Shown here one piece after another: positions 49,934-62,930 of a stretch of DNA of 64,000 bases. The stretch is taken from the NCBI GenBank assembly GCA_951804945.1, contig OX638152.1, forward strand, positions 46,376,001-46,440,000. The letters are read 5' to 3'. This stretch comes from Podarcis cretensis. Taxonomy: Eukaryota. Position numbers and translations under genes: made by a program. Numbering within the stretch: position 1 is the first letter of the stretch; each line of letters opens with the position of its first letter. Under the pieces are notes generated by a model that did not search any database, was not told where the DNA came from, and saw only the letters and a program-made list of their open reading frames with translations.

Positions 49934-52139
49934 CTGTAAACCATGTGAATGGTGCCATCTTAGCTACATAAGAATTTACACTCAGATAATGCATTTATTA
50001 TTAGAATACAGCAGTGTTTCTCCATTTTTCTTCTCCACCCCATACTTTCAGAATAAAAATTTGCTTGTGACACACCAATTTTTTTATTGATAAGAAATAC
50101 ATCATGAAACAAAAAGAATTAAATCCTGGCAGTGCTTGATTTTGAGAAGATACATGTTCATATTCTGCAAATTTTAAAAATGTATTGTAATTGAAATGTT
50201 TAAATGTCCCTGAATCTTTCCATCCTCTCCTGCTGCACCAGAAAAGTAGATCTAGGGCAGTATCTAGTCAGAATCCTGCTCTGATGGCCTGCATCCTCTT
50301 TGTTATTGACCAATCCAATAGAGACTAAAAGGTGATTTCACTACATATTTCAAGGGTTGATACCAAGGAGGTACAAGCTAAATAACAAAGGGTACAAACT
50401 AAAAAGCACTTGATATATTAATTAACTTTATCATTAGATCCATTTTAATATTCAATATTTACAGTCAGTGTGATGAAAAGGGGAACAGAATAATACTAAA
50501 GGTAATGGATGACTGCCAGTTCATAGTCTTATGTGTACTTCCAGGCTCTAAATTGTCAAGTACTCCACTGCAGTGTATTCAAGCACAATGAACTGACTAT
50601 GCATTGTTTCTGGAAAAACACCTCAACCTTATGCTTCTCTTCTTGCCATTTCTCCTGGGCTAGGGAATAACCTGTTGCAGACCTACATTAGGAACCTGGC
50701 ATCTTTAAAAGTAGCTGTATATTCACACTTCTTAATTAGCCTGTTTAGCTACTGGTGCATGAAATCAGTAGTCAATGTTTAACAGACAGCACAATGGCAA
50801 ATATTTTATAACCTTGTTGGTTTCTGTCATTTGTTTCTTAATTTCCCCCCCTGATATAGCTGTCGGCATTATTTTTATAATTGTTAGGGCTGTTATAGAA
50901 TATAATGTTTGACCTGTGAGGCATATATATTGCATTTGTGAAAGTTTATTCAGAAAAGAAAGCCGTAACTTTAAAAATGATAAAAAGTGATAGAACTATA
51001 TTTAAAGGTGTGCCTATGATATAAATTAATGGGTAGTCCAACTTGCTTCATTGTTCACATCTCTCATATCAACTAAGCAGCCAACCAAGCTATACATTGT
51101 GAGAGAGGGTGCATGGGGACAGTCGCATGAACAGCTGATTCAATCTTGTCTTCTACTGTGACAACAGGATTCCAGCAGCAACATCAGCCATACAACTTGG
51201 GAAAACTCAACAAAGGCATTCAAGAATCCAATTAGTAGGTCAAGCAGCCTTGTAGAGCACAATGGTTAATACTGGTCATTGATCACAATAAAAAGATAAA
51301 TTTAGAGGAGAATTGTTGCTGTCAAAACCCAACAACAGCCCACCTCCAAACTACTTATCATATTAAAAAAAGCTTTCAACAGTAGGCATTGACAGACACA
51401 TAGAAGTCTGGATATCCCAGCCGGCATGTTAATTTTTTATATTTTCTTTTGCTTACCTACTTCAGTATATTTGATTTATTCTAAGTTTTGTTCATATAAA
51501 TATTTACTTGTTTTAAAAATATCGGTAAATATTTTTCTCTACCCACTTTTGATTGGCTTACAAGGATGTGTTGTCTAATCCTCTCTGCTTGTGGCGATAG
51601 AAGACAACTAGTTCAGTTTCAGATTTATGGATGATTCACATTTTTATGGATCTCATGCTTGCTGCATATAAAATGTTAAGGGGAATTTCCAAACATGTGG
51701 AAACACGGTGTGAACACCAGCTGGGGAGCCATGATTAGCCACAGTTCTCTGGCACACATCCATTCGATTTAGTGAAATACATCTCCTTGTCAGATTTCAC
51801 ATGCAAAGGCAATAGTGAATACAAAGGAGTTTTCAGAGCTATTTTTCTTCTCCAGAGTTTTTCCTTGCTCTTCCTGTCTTATCTGCAGACAAGAGCTGCA
51901 GATATTCAATTCAAGTTCACAGAATTGAGTGGTATGGCTGTTTCCTTGTTTTCTCTGTAAGTGAAAGGATGTAACTGCTGTGAGGGTAATTGGGCTTTGG
52001 CAGCTCCTCCCCTGTTTATTAGTTTTGATGTTTGTAATTGGAAATCTTTTCCTTCAAATCCCTCCTCAAAACTTCTTTTCTCTGTGATAGTTTCCACCTG
52101 TTGCACCAAGCTTCGAAGGCAGTTGCCAGAGGAGAGAGA

Positions 52140-52540
52140 TAATTTTATTTATTAGTAAACATCTGTAAGTGGTTTGCATAAAATAACATTAAAAATATAT
52201 ATAAACAATCAGTATGTTTTCCTGAAAGCTAAAAAAAAAATAAGACAAACCCCAAAAGTTAAATATGTATCACATAGAAACCTGAGCTGTATATAAAACA
52301 GAGAATTGAACATTTAAAAGTCAGAGTCCAGGAAGCTTGGTGTTAAAAATACATTTTTTAAGAGGTACTTAAAGGTCATAACAGTATCTGTGTTGCAAGT
52401 TATCTGAAGGATGACATTTCAGAGGGTGGGTGCTATCATCGAGAGGGTCTGCTTCCTCGTTGTCTCCAACTCCAAGTGAAAACTGCAAGTCGTGGAACCA
52501 TGTTCACCATGGTGAACAGGTCTGTGGATCCATGCAGAGG
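52140..52540 (-). mobile_element. Degenerate L2 3' fragment
   Basis: TTTATTTATT start; later ATTTCAGAGGGTGGGTGCTATCATCGAGAGGGTC, the reverse-strand L2 3' signature. Confidence 0.5.
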
Positions 52541-53721
52541 ACTGCAAGTGAAATATAAGGAAACTAACACAGATAAATCTTATAATGATTCACTGCTAAC
52601 ACAGATGTGGAGAGCCTCCAGTCTATAGGCCACACTCGGCCTGCCAGGCTTCCCCATTTAGACAGTGAGGCCATTTTGGGGAGCCATGGGAAGGGAAGGG
52701 TTCCAAAGGAACTATCAGGAGCTTAAAGTGAGCTCCCAAATTTGCTTTTGCTGAAGCAAGGCATGCTCATTGTTCAAGGAACGGGGAAGCAGTTTTCTTT
52801 TGATTTCAATGGTTTAAGGAACAGTGCAGGGATGTTATTTGGCTTTCCAGGGGCGGGGAGATTGAGTCATTTGTTGATTATCATATAACATGTTTTAATT
52901 GCTTCAAGAGAGTCTTATTTTCAAGTTGCCTTTAAAATGTTGGTATATTTTAAGGTGCCATTTTCATCTAGGTGAATTGTTTAGCGTTACTATTCCAAGA
53001 GCTAATTATCTGAATCCTGCTGGATGCAAATATTTTTGTCTCTTTCTTGCTCTTGTATCTCTTTCAGTGAGTGTGTGCTTTCCTGTCACCCTTCTCTCTC
53101 ATACACACACCAGTCAAAGCAGAATAATTAGCTATAGAATTATAGACTAGCATAATCATAGAAAAATTTTAACTGTCTCCACAGAAAGAGTTAAAAGATT
53201 AATTAGAAGTATATGAGTTGTCTTTTTATTACCTTAAGGAGATACTTCTGAATGCATTTTTACAATAAGTTTTACTTTCTGGTTTTGATACATATAACTT
53301 TGAAAATACAATTACTTTGTGATGTATGAAACATATTTCTGTTTACAATAGGTATTTAGTTGGAGAAAACTCAGCCACTCCATTCTAGGTCTGATAGGAA
53401 GAAAGATTCTGGTACTCAGCTTTCAGAGTACAGCTTTACATTAACTGGGCAATGTTCTAGACAGTTGGTGTGGCTATTTCTTCTGTCTTCTTGGCAATAA
53501 TATAGATCTACTATATGTAGTGTGCCATAGTGGAAGGATAGCCATATTTAACACAAGCTTGTGATGTGGAGGGGACATCCTAGAGAACGGGAAGGGAAAC
53601 ATTTCTTCCAGGGCCAGCTATGGGATAATAGGAACTCACCTTCTTGTAAACAGGTAATTCGTACTTTCCACAGGTGACCAGGCAAGTGGTTGTTTGCAGG
53701 TCTGATCAAAGATTATTAAAA

Positions 53722-53789
53722 GTTTCCTGCTTGGCAGGGGGTTGGACTCAATAGCCCTTGTGGTCTCTTCCAACTCTATGATTCTATGA
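53722..53789 (+). mobile_element. CR1-type 3' end
   Basis: GGCAGGGGGTTGGACTC...TCTCTTCCAACTCTATGATTCTATG. Confidence 0.85.
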
Positions 53790-54161
53790 AAATATGAAAA
53801 TATGTACAATATGTCTTTGGTGTGTCATAAAATTTGAAAGTGTTGTTGTTTACATTGATAGCCATTATTGACTTGCCAAAAAGCAACTTTAATGTGTCTC
53901 TTTATTAGAGATAAAACATCCCACAAAAACAAAACACGAGAGAATCTTTGTCATGGGGTGTTCGTTGTGTAGATTAAAGGAAAGAGATTACTGCATTTGT
54001 TGACTGGACTTTACTTGATGTCAGTTTAAAATCATCTTGACATTTATGTTTTGATTAACAGCTTATAATGTTTACAATAACAGATTACATTACTGTCTAA
54101 AAAGTTAGAGGAAAGTTTCATTTTGCTGAATCTGAATGCTTGTAGCTATTTACCGGGGTTA

Positions 54162-54523
54162 AGGTAAAGGTAAAGGTACCCCTGCCCGTACGGGCCAGTC
54201 TTGACAGACTCTGGGGTTGTGCGCCCATCTCACTTAAGAGGCCAGGGGCCAGCGCTGTCCGGAGACACTTCCGGGTCACGTGGCCAGCGTGACATCGCTG
54301 CTCTGGCGAGCCAGAGCCGCACACGGAAACGCCGTTTACCTTCCCGCTGGTAAGCGGTCCCTATTTATCTACTTGCACCCGGAGGTGCTTTCGAACTGCT
54401 AGGTTGGCAGGCGCTGGGACCGAGCAGCGGGAGCGCACCCCGCCGCAGGGATTCGAACCGCCGACCTTTCGATCGGCAAGCCCTAGGCGCTGAGGCTTTA
54501 ACCCACAGCGCCACCTGCGTCCC
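54162..54523 (-). mobile_element. Sauria SINE, full-length young copy
   Basis: 14-bp TSD ATTTACCGGGGTTA (54148-54161, 54527-54540); by eye, one substitution versus the 8781 copy outside the tail. Confidence 0.97.
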
Positions 54524-57151
54524 CTCATTTACCGGGGTTACAGCTGCCCAATTTAGCTTTAACAAACAGAGCACTAACCACCTTATTAGTAGCTTTTTGC
54601 TTCTAGCCACTTTCTTTTTAGAAGAAAACCTGTGTCCATAAAGTCTGTTGAATTAGTTGTTTAACACTGTGTGAATTCAGACTACATTATACCAGTTACT
54701 TATATAATGGTGGTTGTCATTTTTTAAAAAAGATTGATATTCTTAGTAATAAAAGAAATCTGTTTTCGGGATATAAAATCTTTTAAAACCCATTATATTA
54801 TACCCATTGTAACCCATGGCCATCAATTCTCCCTTCCTTCTTTTCTTCTTTGAACTAGAACACCTTGAAGTAAAAAAAAGGGGGGGGAAACAGAGTTACT
54901 TGTATGGAATAGCCTTTATTTATATATTCGGCAGACTGTATAACCTATATAAAACTAGAGAGCTAAAACTATTACTCTTTTCCAAGATTTCCTGGAGCAA
55001 GAATCTTAGACCTAAAGATCAACAATGACAGTCACTAAGTACAGTTCAAAGATCTTAAGTGCATAATGTAACTTCAATACCTTGGAATGGAAAATAACTT
55101 AAATATCTGTATGTGTGCAGTGTCAGCTCAATTTACCCTAATACTCTGGTTTGTGTGCAGATTCATGATCTCTATGGCCTTTGTTTAATATGCAGATACA
55201 TGTGCATGCAGGCTTCCATTTGTTGAAAGCTTGGGTTTTTTCTTTCCACATGTGCCTATATAAATGCTACTTCACAGACTAACACTGAACATAGAAATGA
55301 ATAAATAATAATCTATAAACTCCCCTCTTGTTAAATTGATGATAAATGTGTAATTCACTTACTTATTTTGTATTTCATGACTTATAAGAGGCTCATAAAG
55401 AAACATAACAATACATTTTATTCCCCAAGGCAGAAAACAGCACCCCAAAATTGTTTAAAATATGACTACATGTATAATTGAGCATTTGCTACCATTTAAA
55501 TTATATCCCCAAATCCATTGCCTGAGGCAAGCTTCATTAGCTAACCTAAAGGTAGATCAGTCTTTGTCTTAAGCTATTTTAAGTAAGTGTTACAGTTTCT
55601 ATACAGCATGTCATATTTCCAAGAAAATATACTATTTTTCAGTTAATAGACAAATAAATGTGAGAAAAATATCCAGCCAGTTGTCTGAGTCTTATAATAC
55701 AAGGGTTTTCAGAAGCCATTGTAAAGTGATTGTATCTTCCTTGTGCCAAACTGTTTTGATTTCCAAAACATTCTTTTTTCAGTTGCTATCCTATTGGCAT
55801 TTATTGAGTCTAATTTTAAATTTATCAATTTCATCGTGACCTATTTATTTTGGCATACAAAGCATATATAGTAAACAAGTCTTGTCTCCATAAGAGCACA
55901 TGTGAAAGGAAGAGTTCAAATTAGATTGAAATGTTTGACCAAAGATAATAGATAGCTCGCAAAATGTATCAGATACCCTTTGGGTAAACCTAGCCCTGCC
56001 TCAGTGCTCAAAACTCAGTCTGAAGTGTGATTAATAGATTTTTTGTCCCTTTTAGAGACTATTTTTATGAATGCATTTTTCAAACTGAGACAGAACACAT
56101 TATCGCCTTCTAGATCATTGTAGTAAGTGTTGAGATCTGAGAAGGCCAGCTGTAGCAGCTGTGTTTCCCCTTGAATCACAGAACTAAATAACTTTCATCT
56201 CTGTTGCTGTCTCAGCTGCTAGTCTCAAGCTATGGCCTTCCCATAACTCACCATTTCAAAGCAATGTAAGTAACCTCTTTGGAATGCTTTTGGAAAACCA
56301 CAGGAAGGTAGGGTTTTTCAAAAAGCGAATGGTGCCTATCTATTTAAAATTTTCTTTTTCCATTTTTAGTTATTTTGCACATGATGTCAGTAAAGTAGGA
56401 AAAGCCCTTTTATCAATATTCCTTGTTTAATAAAGTAACATGGTGCGACAAGGTGAAGGTGACCTTGCCAAAAAAATATGCTTAAAAAGTTATGAATTTA
56501 TTAAACATATTCTTTTTCTAAAAGAACCTTACCCAGCTATGTTATATTTAACTTATTTTTATTCATGAAAGCACTTATATGCTAGCTATTACAATCCATC
56601 TGAACGTGGACTACAAATTCAAAGGATTAAAACAAACAAACAATAAAGCAGTAAAATCACAACAATATATAAAAGTGGAACCGAAAACCCAGTAGCATGT
56701 TGGCTATTCTTTTTGTGGCATGACTATCTGAACTGTGAACAGTATTCCAAGTACAGTCACACTTTACATTTGTATTACAGCAGAATTATTTTTGCAGTTT
56801 TATTTTCAATCCTTTTCCTAATGGTTCCTAACATGAAAGTCACCTTTTTCACAGCTGCCAGATCCTGGGTTTACATCTTCATCTAGTTATCCACCATGAC
56901 CCCAAAATCTTTTTCCTAGCCAGTGACTGCCAGTTTTTATCCCTTTCGTGTTTAGGTGAAGTTACAGATTTTTTCTTCCAGCATGCATCATGTTACACAT
57001 GCTTCCATTGAACTGCATTTAACATCCCCCATCCCTACTCTTTCCTTCCTGTTCTTTAGCCAGTTACTGATCAAACGAAATCAGAAACTTTTAAAAAGTA
57101 AAAGTACACAATATCTTCACATTGTATCCCCTTATCTATGTGCTTAATGAC

Positions 57152-57373
57152 CACTGGCGGAGGAAGAGGAGTGCGGGGGAGCGCACCGCCCCCGGCAGCA
57201 CAATCCCGGTGGGTTCCATCGTGGCTCCCCCCCCCCCCCCCGTGCGCTGGGCGCTCCGCCCCCACAGGTGGCACGCCCTGCCCCCAGGACTTGTGTCATG
57301 CCCCTGTGGGTGGCATGCTCTGCCCCCGCCTGCTCTCTGCCCCCTGGTGCCGGAGCATGAAGCTCTGCCACTG
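57152..57373 (-). mobile_element. GC-rich hAT MITE, related to 41684-41945
   Basis: TIR CACTGGCGGAG ... CTCTGCCACTG (9/11); perfect 8-bp TSD TTAATGAC; shared subterminal TGCTCCGGCACC in opposite orientation. Confidence 0.93.
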
Positions 57374-57469
57374 TTAATGACACCCTTGAGATCTTTAAAT
57401 ATAAAAAGTTAGGATGTATAGTTGCAGAAACGAGGCTGATTCTTCCTCAGCAAGACTTATTCTTCTGTC

Positions 57470-57587
57470 ATTAGAAGAATCTCAGTTGTGAATTCAAGTC
57501 CCATGTTGGACAAAAGAATTCCTGCATTGCAGGGAGTTGGGCTGGATGAACCTCGTCATCCCTTCCAACTATGATTCTATGATTCTC
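57470..57587 (+). mobile_element. tRNA-derived SINE with CR1-type tail
   Basis: TTCAAGTCCCATGTTGGACAAAAGAATTCCTGCATTGCAGGG...CCCTTCCAACTATGATTCTATGATTCT. Confidence 0.8.
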
Positions 57588-58473
57588 TATGTTTGTTGGT
57601 TCTATCTTTAACAATGCTTTCCACCAGTTTTCCTGCAAGAGATGTTAAGATAATCTCCCCTGGATCCCTTTTTAAAAATTGGTATTATGTTGGCCATTTT
57701 CCAGTCCGCAGGTACAGAGATTGATCTTAGAGACAAGTTTTGTGTTTTGTTAGATGATGAGCAGATTCACATTTGAGTTCTTCAATATCACATGTGCAGG
57801 CTTGGTATGATTGGAAATGTTACCATGTTCAAACAAATGTCTTGTTGGAAACAGTCAAATTTATTTCAATTTACTACCGAAATATTTACCTTCTCCATCT
57901 TTTCCATCATGCTTCTCTAATCATGATTTTAATTTTTCTATTGACTAAATCTACTGTGGTATGCAGGTGTTCTCTGGAAAAAGAGAATATAAAGAGTTGA
58001 AAGAAGAGTTTTCATTACCATTTTCTGAACCTTTTAAATGCTTTGACCTTTGTACATAAAGCTATCACTGTGGTCAACTCAAAGCCTAGTATTGATTTAC
58101 TGATCTCCAAACCTGTCATTTCTAATCACAGACCCTTTAACCTTTTAACTGTTGCAAAAAAAAAATTGTTAGATATCAGGGTCACAGTATCTAATGAGAC
58201 TTTGGTACATAAAAGGCCAGAAGATTAATTTTGTGTACCCACCAGTCAGTTAAACAAATTAGACAAAAGGTGAAAATGAAACACACATAACGAAAGGTCA
58301 CTTAAGATATCGACCAATTCCTTGTGGAGACTTTTTAGTAAAAACAAACAAACAAACATGACAATATGTGAATTATTTTGCACTGATTGTGGAGAAAGTA
58401 AAACATTGGGTGGGTCAGTTGTGAATAAGAAAGAAAAGGAGCTTTTATTGCTATGTCTTAATATATGTTTGTA

Positions 58474-58564
58474 TGTGTGTGTGTGTGTGTGTCACACACA
58501 CACACACACAGCTCAGCAGTATTAGCTCAGCAGATATGGATGGAATCATTACAGGATATGTATA

Positions 58565-58606
<42 letters not shown>

Positions 58607-58610
58607 TCTC

Positions 58611-58650
<40 letters not shown>

Positions 58651-58687
58651 TGTATATGATTCCATCCATATCTGCTGAGCTAATACT
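58474..58687. repeat. Compound (TG)n/(CA)n microsatellites with a perfect 32-bp inverted repeat
   Basis: 58518-58549 is the exact reverse complement of 58656-58687; these arms enclose (TG)~18 and (CA)~16. Confidence 0.95.
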
Positions 58688-60441
58688 TGATCCAAGAGGT
58701 AGAATTTTAGGAAGCTTGGCTCATAATACCTAATCTGCTGTATCATATTCTTCTCTTTAGAGAAGACTAGTTAATCTGTGCTATTTTATGCTGGGATGTA
58801 TGTATGGTACAAGGATATTCTATAAAAAATATTCTTTAAAAGCTATTTTTATATGTAAAGAAGCATCTTCTTAGATCTACATAAAATTACACAGAAATGT
58901 ATGTTGGTTTTACGATAATATCATTTGAAATAATTATTAAGGGGGAAATAGCATCCAAGGTAAATTTATGGTTCCCAGGTAGAGTATCTACTTTCTGTGT
59001 TTGGTTAAGGACTTAGCTTTTTTAATATACCAAGATCCGAGTTGTGGTTGCCCCAGGGAAAACATATGCCCATGGCAGAGGTCTTAATAACAGCAGTAGA
59101 CCTGCCATCTGCCACCTTGGAGGACAAATAATCATGGATTAAAGGTTTAATGCATGAGACGGTTTTTTAAAAATTAATTTCTATCTTGGATTTTGCCCAC
59201 TGGAGAAAGTGCCATTAAACTCTGTTGAAGGATAATTGGCTGTGTTTGTCTATACACAAACCAGGAATCCAGGTATCTTTTTCTGATATTTACCTTTTAA
59301 CAGAATTTTCTGGTAGAAAAAGCAGAACAGAATTAGAATGAGGGATGCATTTTTGCTGTGTGTGTGTGTGGGGGGGCATTTACTGGGTTTTCAGGAACTG
59401 TGCTGTTGCTTGGTATTATGGGCCTGGTCCCTGTTAACATGAATGAGAGCTGGGTTCTGTATCTCCTTTTTCTTCAGACTAAGAATGTCAAATATAAAAT
59501 CGCACTTCTGTTTAGATACATCAGCATACATAATTTATGAAAAGAGAAACACCAGGGAATTTTAGTGTTGTAGAGACTCCCTTGCTATTTGACCTGCTGG
59601 TCAAGTTTACTTTCCGTTTATTCTGTCTGTACCTTAAAAAATACCATACACTTGTTGGTTACAGGGTTTAATTTCCTTCTACGCATTATAGCATTCACAG
59701 AGCGCTTTGAATCTGATCTTTGGAAGAATTATTGAGTTTATGAGTACTATAGTATCATTAAGGAAAAGGATTTAAAATACAGAATCGCAAATTTTATAAA
59801 TATTTTGAGGAAAATAGAAGATAGCATCTAGAAAATGTAAGCATATACCCAATAAATAGAAACCAATCTGTTACTTAAAGAATTGTAGGTCATAGATTAC
59901 TCTGTATTCTGGAATTATGGCTTGCCTTTAGGGATGACTGAAATGGCTCCCTCCTTTCACTGCACCACTTCCAGGCAGTGAAATAAGGAGGACATTTCAA
60001 ATAAATGTTGGCATCTTGGGGAGAATTTCAGAAGTGGGAATTAAACTTATCCCTGGTGGCAGTGACATTCCTTTGATGGCTGCTACATTGTATTTCATAT
60101 ACCATAATTCTAGCACATTCTGGGAAAGCAATGATGGCCACTGTGGTGGACTAAATTTCCCCCTGTAATGTTGGTACACTTCCTGGACAAAATGGAACGT
60201 GGGGTATTCCATAGAGAAAATTTCTGGTGCTGACCGTACCAAATTTCAAGCTGAAAAATTTACTTGGTGCTATTTCACATCTTGAACTTTAGGATCCAGA
60301 TGGACCTATTATTCAGAGGAACTAGGCCTAATTCCTTCCTTTGGTAGTGAAGGAAGAAGTCAGTGACTGGAGGCTCCAGAGCATCTATATTCACTAAATG
60401 GCCTTCTCTTTGTCCTACAAAGTGTTAATATGGCTTCCATG

Positions 60442-60489
60442 GTTTTGTTTTGTTTTGTTTTGTTTTTGTTTTGTTTTGTTTTGTTTTGC
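60442..60489. repeat. (GTTTT)n microsatellite
   Basis: About 9 units. Confidence 0.95.
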
Positions 60490-60661
60490 AAAGTAATAGA
60501 GATTTATTGGGAACATGATAGTGTATGGCCACTACTGTTGTTGCTATTATTAAATATTCTACCATGTCAAAAGTGCTGCAGAGAGGTTTCATAAAATATA
60601 ATTAAAACCAAAACCAAACAATAATATTAAAGCAGGACAAATTCCATACAAATAAAACAGC

Positions 60662-60662
<1 letters not shown>

Positions 60663-60696
<34 letters not shown>
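60663..60696. repeat. (AC)n microsatellite
   Basis: About 17 units. Confidence 0.95.
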
Positions 60697-60698
<2 letters not shown>

Positions 60699-60902
60699 AC
60701 CTCATGTGTCACCCTTCCCCACAAAGTGCACCTGGTGATAAAATGGCAGCACTGCTATAGTGAAGTTCACTTCAGAGGCAAATGGACACTATAAAGAAAG
60801 CGCAGCCCATGGTCCCCAAACCCTGCAGATTTAATTGGGTGAGGGGACAGTGAACACAGCTTCTCCCACAGATCTTTAAACAACACTGGGACAATGCTAC
60901 TT

Positions 60903-60936
60903 CTGGTCCCTTCCAACTCTACAGTTCTATGATTCT
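60903..60936 (+). mobile_element. Minimal CR1-type 3' end
   Basis: GGTCCCTTCCAACTCTACAGTTCTATGATTCT. Confidence 0.75.
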
Positions 60937-62623
60937 GTTGTAGGGATATCACATTTGCTCAGCAATTGGTGCCCTTTATATAAATACGGTACTCTGCCCC
61001 GCCTTAAATGATGCTTTTATTTTAATGTAGGATTTGGGTACATGATTTGCAAGAAGTACAAAAAAGTGCACCCTGCACCCCAAAAACGCCTTGGAAAGGA
61101 AACATCTGCGGGGAATGTCCTAAAACAACCCATATTTGACAGTCAATCATAATGCTAACTTACAAGTGGTGAGAGCAAATGGAAAATTGTGAGTGAGGAG
61201 GGAGAATGTAATGGAGTATCCTGAGTCTTGAACTGAAATACGTTTTGTTGCAGACCGCCATGTAGGCATAAGTAGTTACATAACATTGAACAAAAGGAAT
61301 TTTTAATCAATAACCAAACACAGTATGTTAAAATAAAATGGTTAAACAACTGAGACAGCAGTCCTATATTCACTTTTCATTGTACTCAATGGGACTTGCT
61401 TCTGAGTAGATCTCTTGACGATTATGCTGTGAAGCAAGTTTGATTTAATAAATTAGATTGAGGCTTTGTGAGGTATGTTACTGCATTTTGTTGGCTTGAA
61501 TGGTATCTTAAGGACTATAGCAACACATATAATATGATTACGCTACAGATCTACTGGATAAACTCTTAAGATAAAAGTACTTGGCTGGAAGTGAGGTTTC
61601 ATCCTTAGACATTTATTACTAGGAGATGAAGTGCAACTGAAATTGGATCTATAGCAAATTACGCTCTTTTAAAGGTCTTGTTTCTAATTGATGCCTAAGA
61701 TGTTTTGCTAATATGTCAAAGCATGTTATACAGAATAAGACAACATTGCTTGACAATAAACTGATTTGATTTGCAGGTTTTAATTATAAAGAATGCAAAA
61801 TTTTACTAGGCTAACAATTATTATGACATGTCTTCGTATAATTGTACTGAAAGGTACGAGGACCCCTCTTATCTCATTTTAATTTCCTTTGTTCTGTGAA
61901 TCTTCAAATGTTTTACAGCATGTGAATCACATCAAACCATTACCATTAAATACAAGATGTGGTTACAGCTTTATAGATTGCATTAGAAGGTCAGAAAAGT
62001 CTTGTGGTTGCACAACAGTAGCTCTCAAGTGGAATATTCTCAATGAATCACACAGCCTCTGATTTCTGGATCTTCAGCAGCAGAAGCAGTTGGGAGGGAG
62101 CTCTGCTGTCACTGGCAGAAACCAATGTTTTTACACACGGCTGTGATACTATTCACTTTTACCTAATCTCAAGAGTTCCATCTGCTAAAGAACAGTCTCA
62201 ATATTAGGGGAAAAGAATTGTCACAAGGAACATTGTGTAGATGAGTGAGTCTTGGAATTAACCATGTCTTGGAAGAAGGAGTGTACTGTGGAAAGCACTT
62301 CCTCTGTTCCTCTCACTGTATGTCTCTGAAACCCCCTCAACAGGCCCCCTAAGAAACCTGTTGATTTCAATATGTTTTCTCTGGCTGTCATGACTTTTTT
62401 CCATTTAACTATGTATTTGATAAATTTATTTTTATTGTTTTGTTTTAATAGATTTGCATTACTTTTTATACATGGCCCTTTTAGGTAGAAGAGTGCTGAC
62501 CTTTGATTGATGGATTCTTACAGATTTGATACGTTCTATTTTTTATGTTATATAGGCACTGATGAGATCAAACCACATTCAGCTTAAAGTGAAAAGCATT
62601 ATGCTGAAATTCATTGTGTAAGA

Positions 62624-62930
62624 CATGGGTAGGCAAACTAAGGCCCGGGGGCCGGTTCTGGCCCATTCGCCTTCTAAATCCAGCCCATGGACGGTCCAGG
62701 AATCCGCATGTTTTTACATGAGTAGAATGTGCCCTTTTATTTAAAATATTTGTGGGGCCTGCCTGGTGTTTTTACATGAGTAGAATGTGTGCTTTTATTT
62801 AAAATGCATCTCTGGGTTATTTGTGGGGCATAATAATTCATTCAAACCCCCCCCTAAATATAGTCTGGCCCCCCAAAAGGTCTGAGGGACAGTGGACCGG
62901 CCCCTCGCTGAAAACGTTTGCTGACCCCTG
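62624..62930 (+). mobile_element. hAT (Charlie group, OC1-like) non-autonomous element
   Basis: Imperfect TIR CATGGGTAGGCAAAC ... GTTTGCTGACCCCTG; 8-bp TSD GTGTAAGA / GTATAGGA (6/8); internal 39-bp direct repeat (62709-62747, 62767-62805). Confidence 0.88.

Larger units (their letters stand above)
56715..57790 (-). mobile_element. Decayed CR1 LINE ORF2 fragments, interrupted by a MITE and a SINE
   Basis: Minus-strand remnants: PADWKMANIIPIFKKG (~57666-57713), MQFN...HAG (~56978-57019) and DFGVMVD (~56889-56909), in the order expected for CR1 RT. Confidence 0.75.

Noticed and set aside
58451-58733. Cys/Val- and His/Thr-rich ORFs
   Set aside because: These are translations of (TG)n and (CA)n microsatellites.
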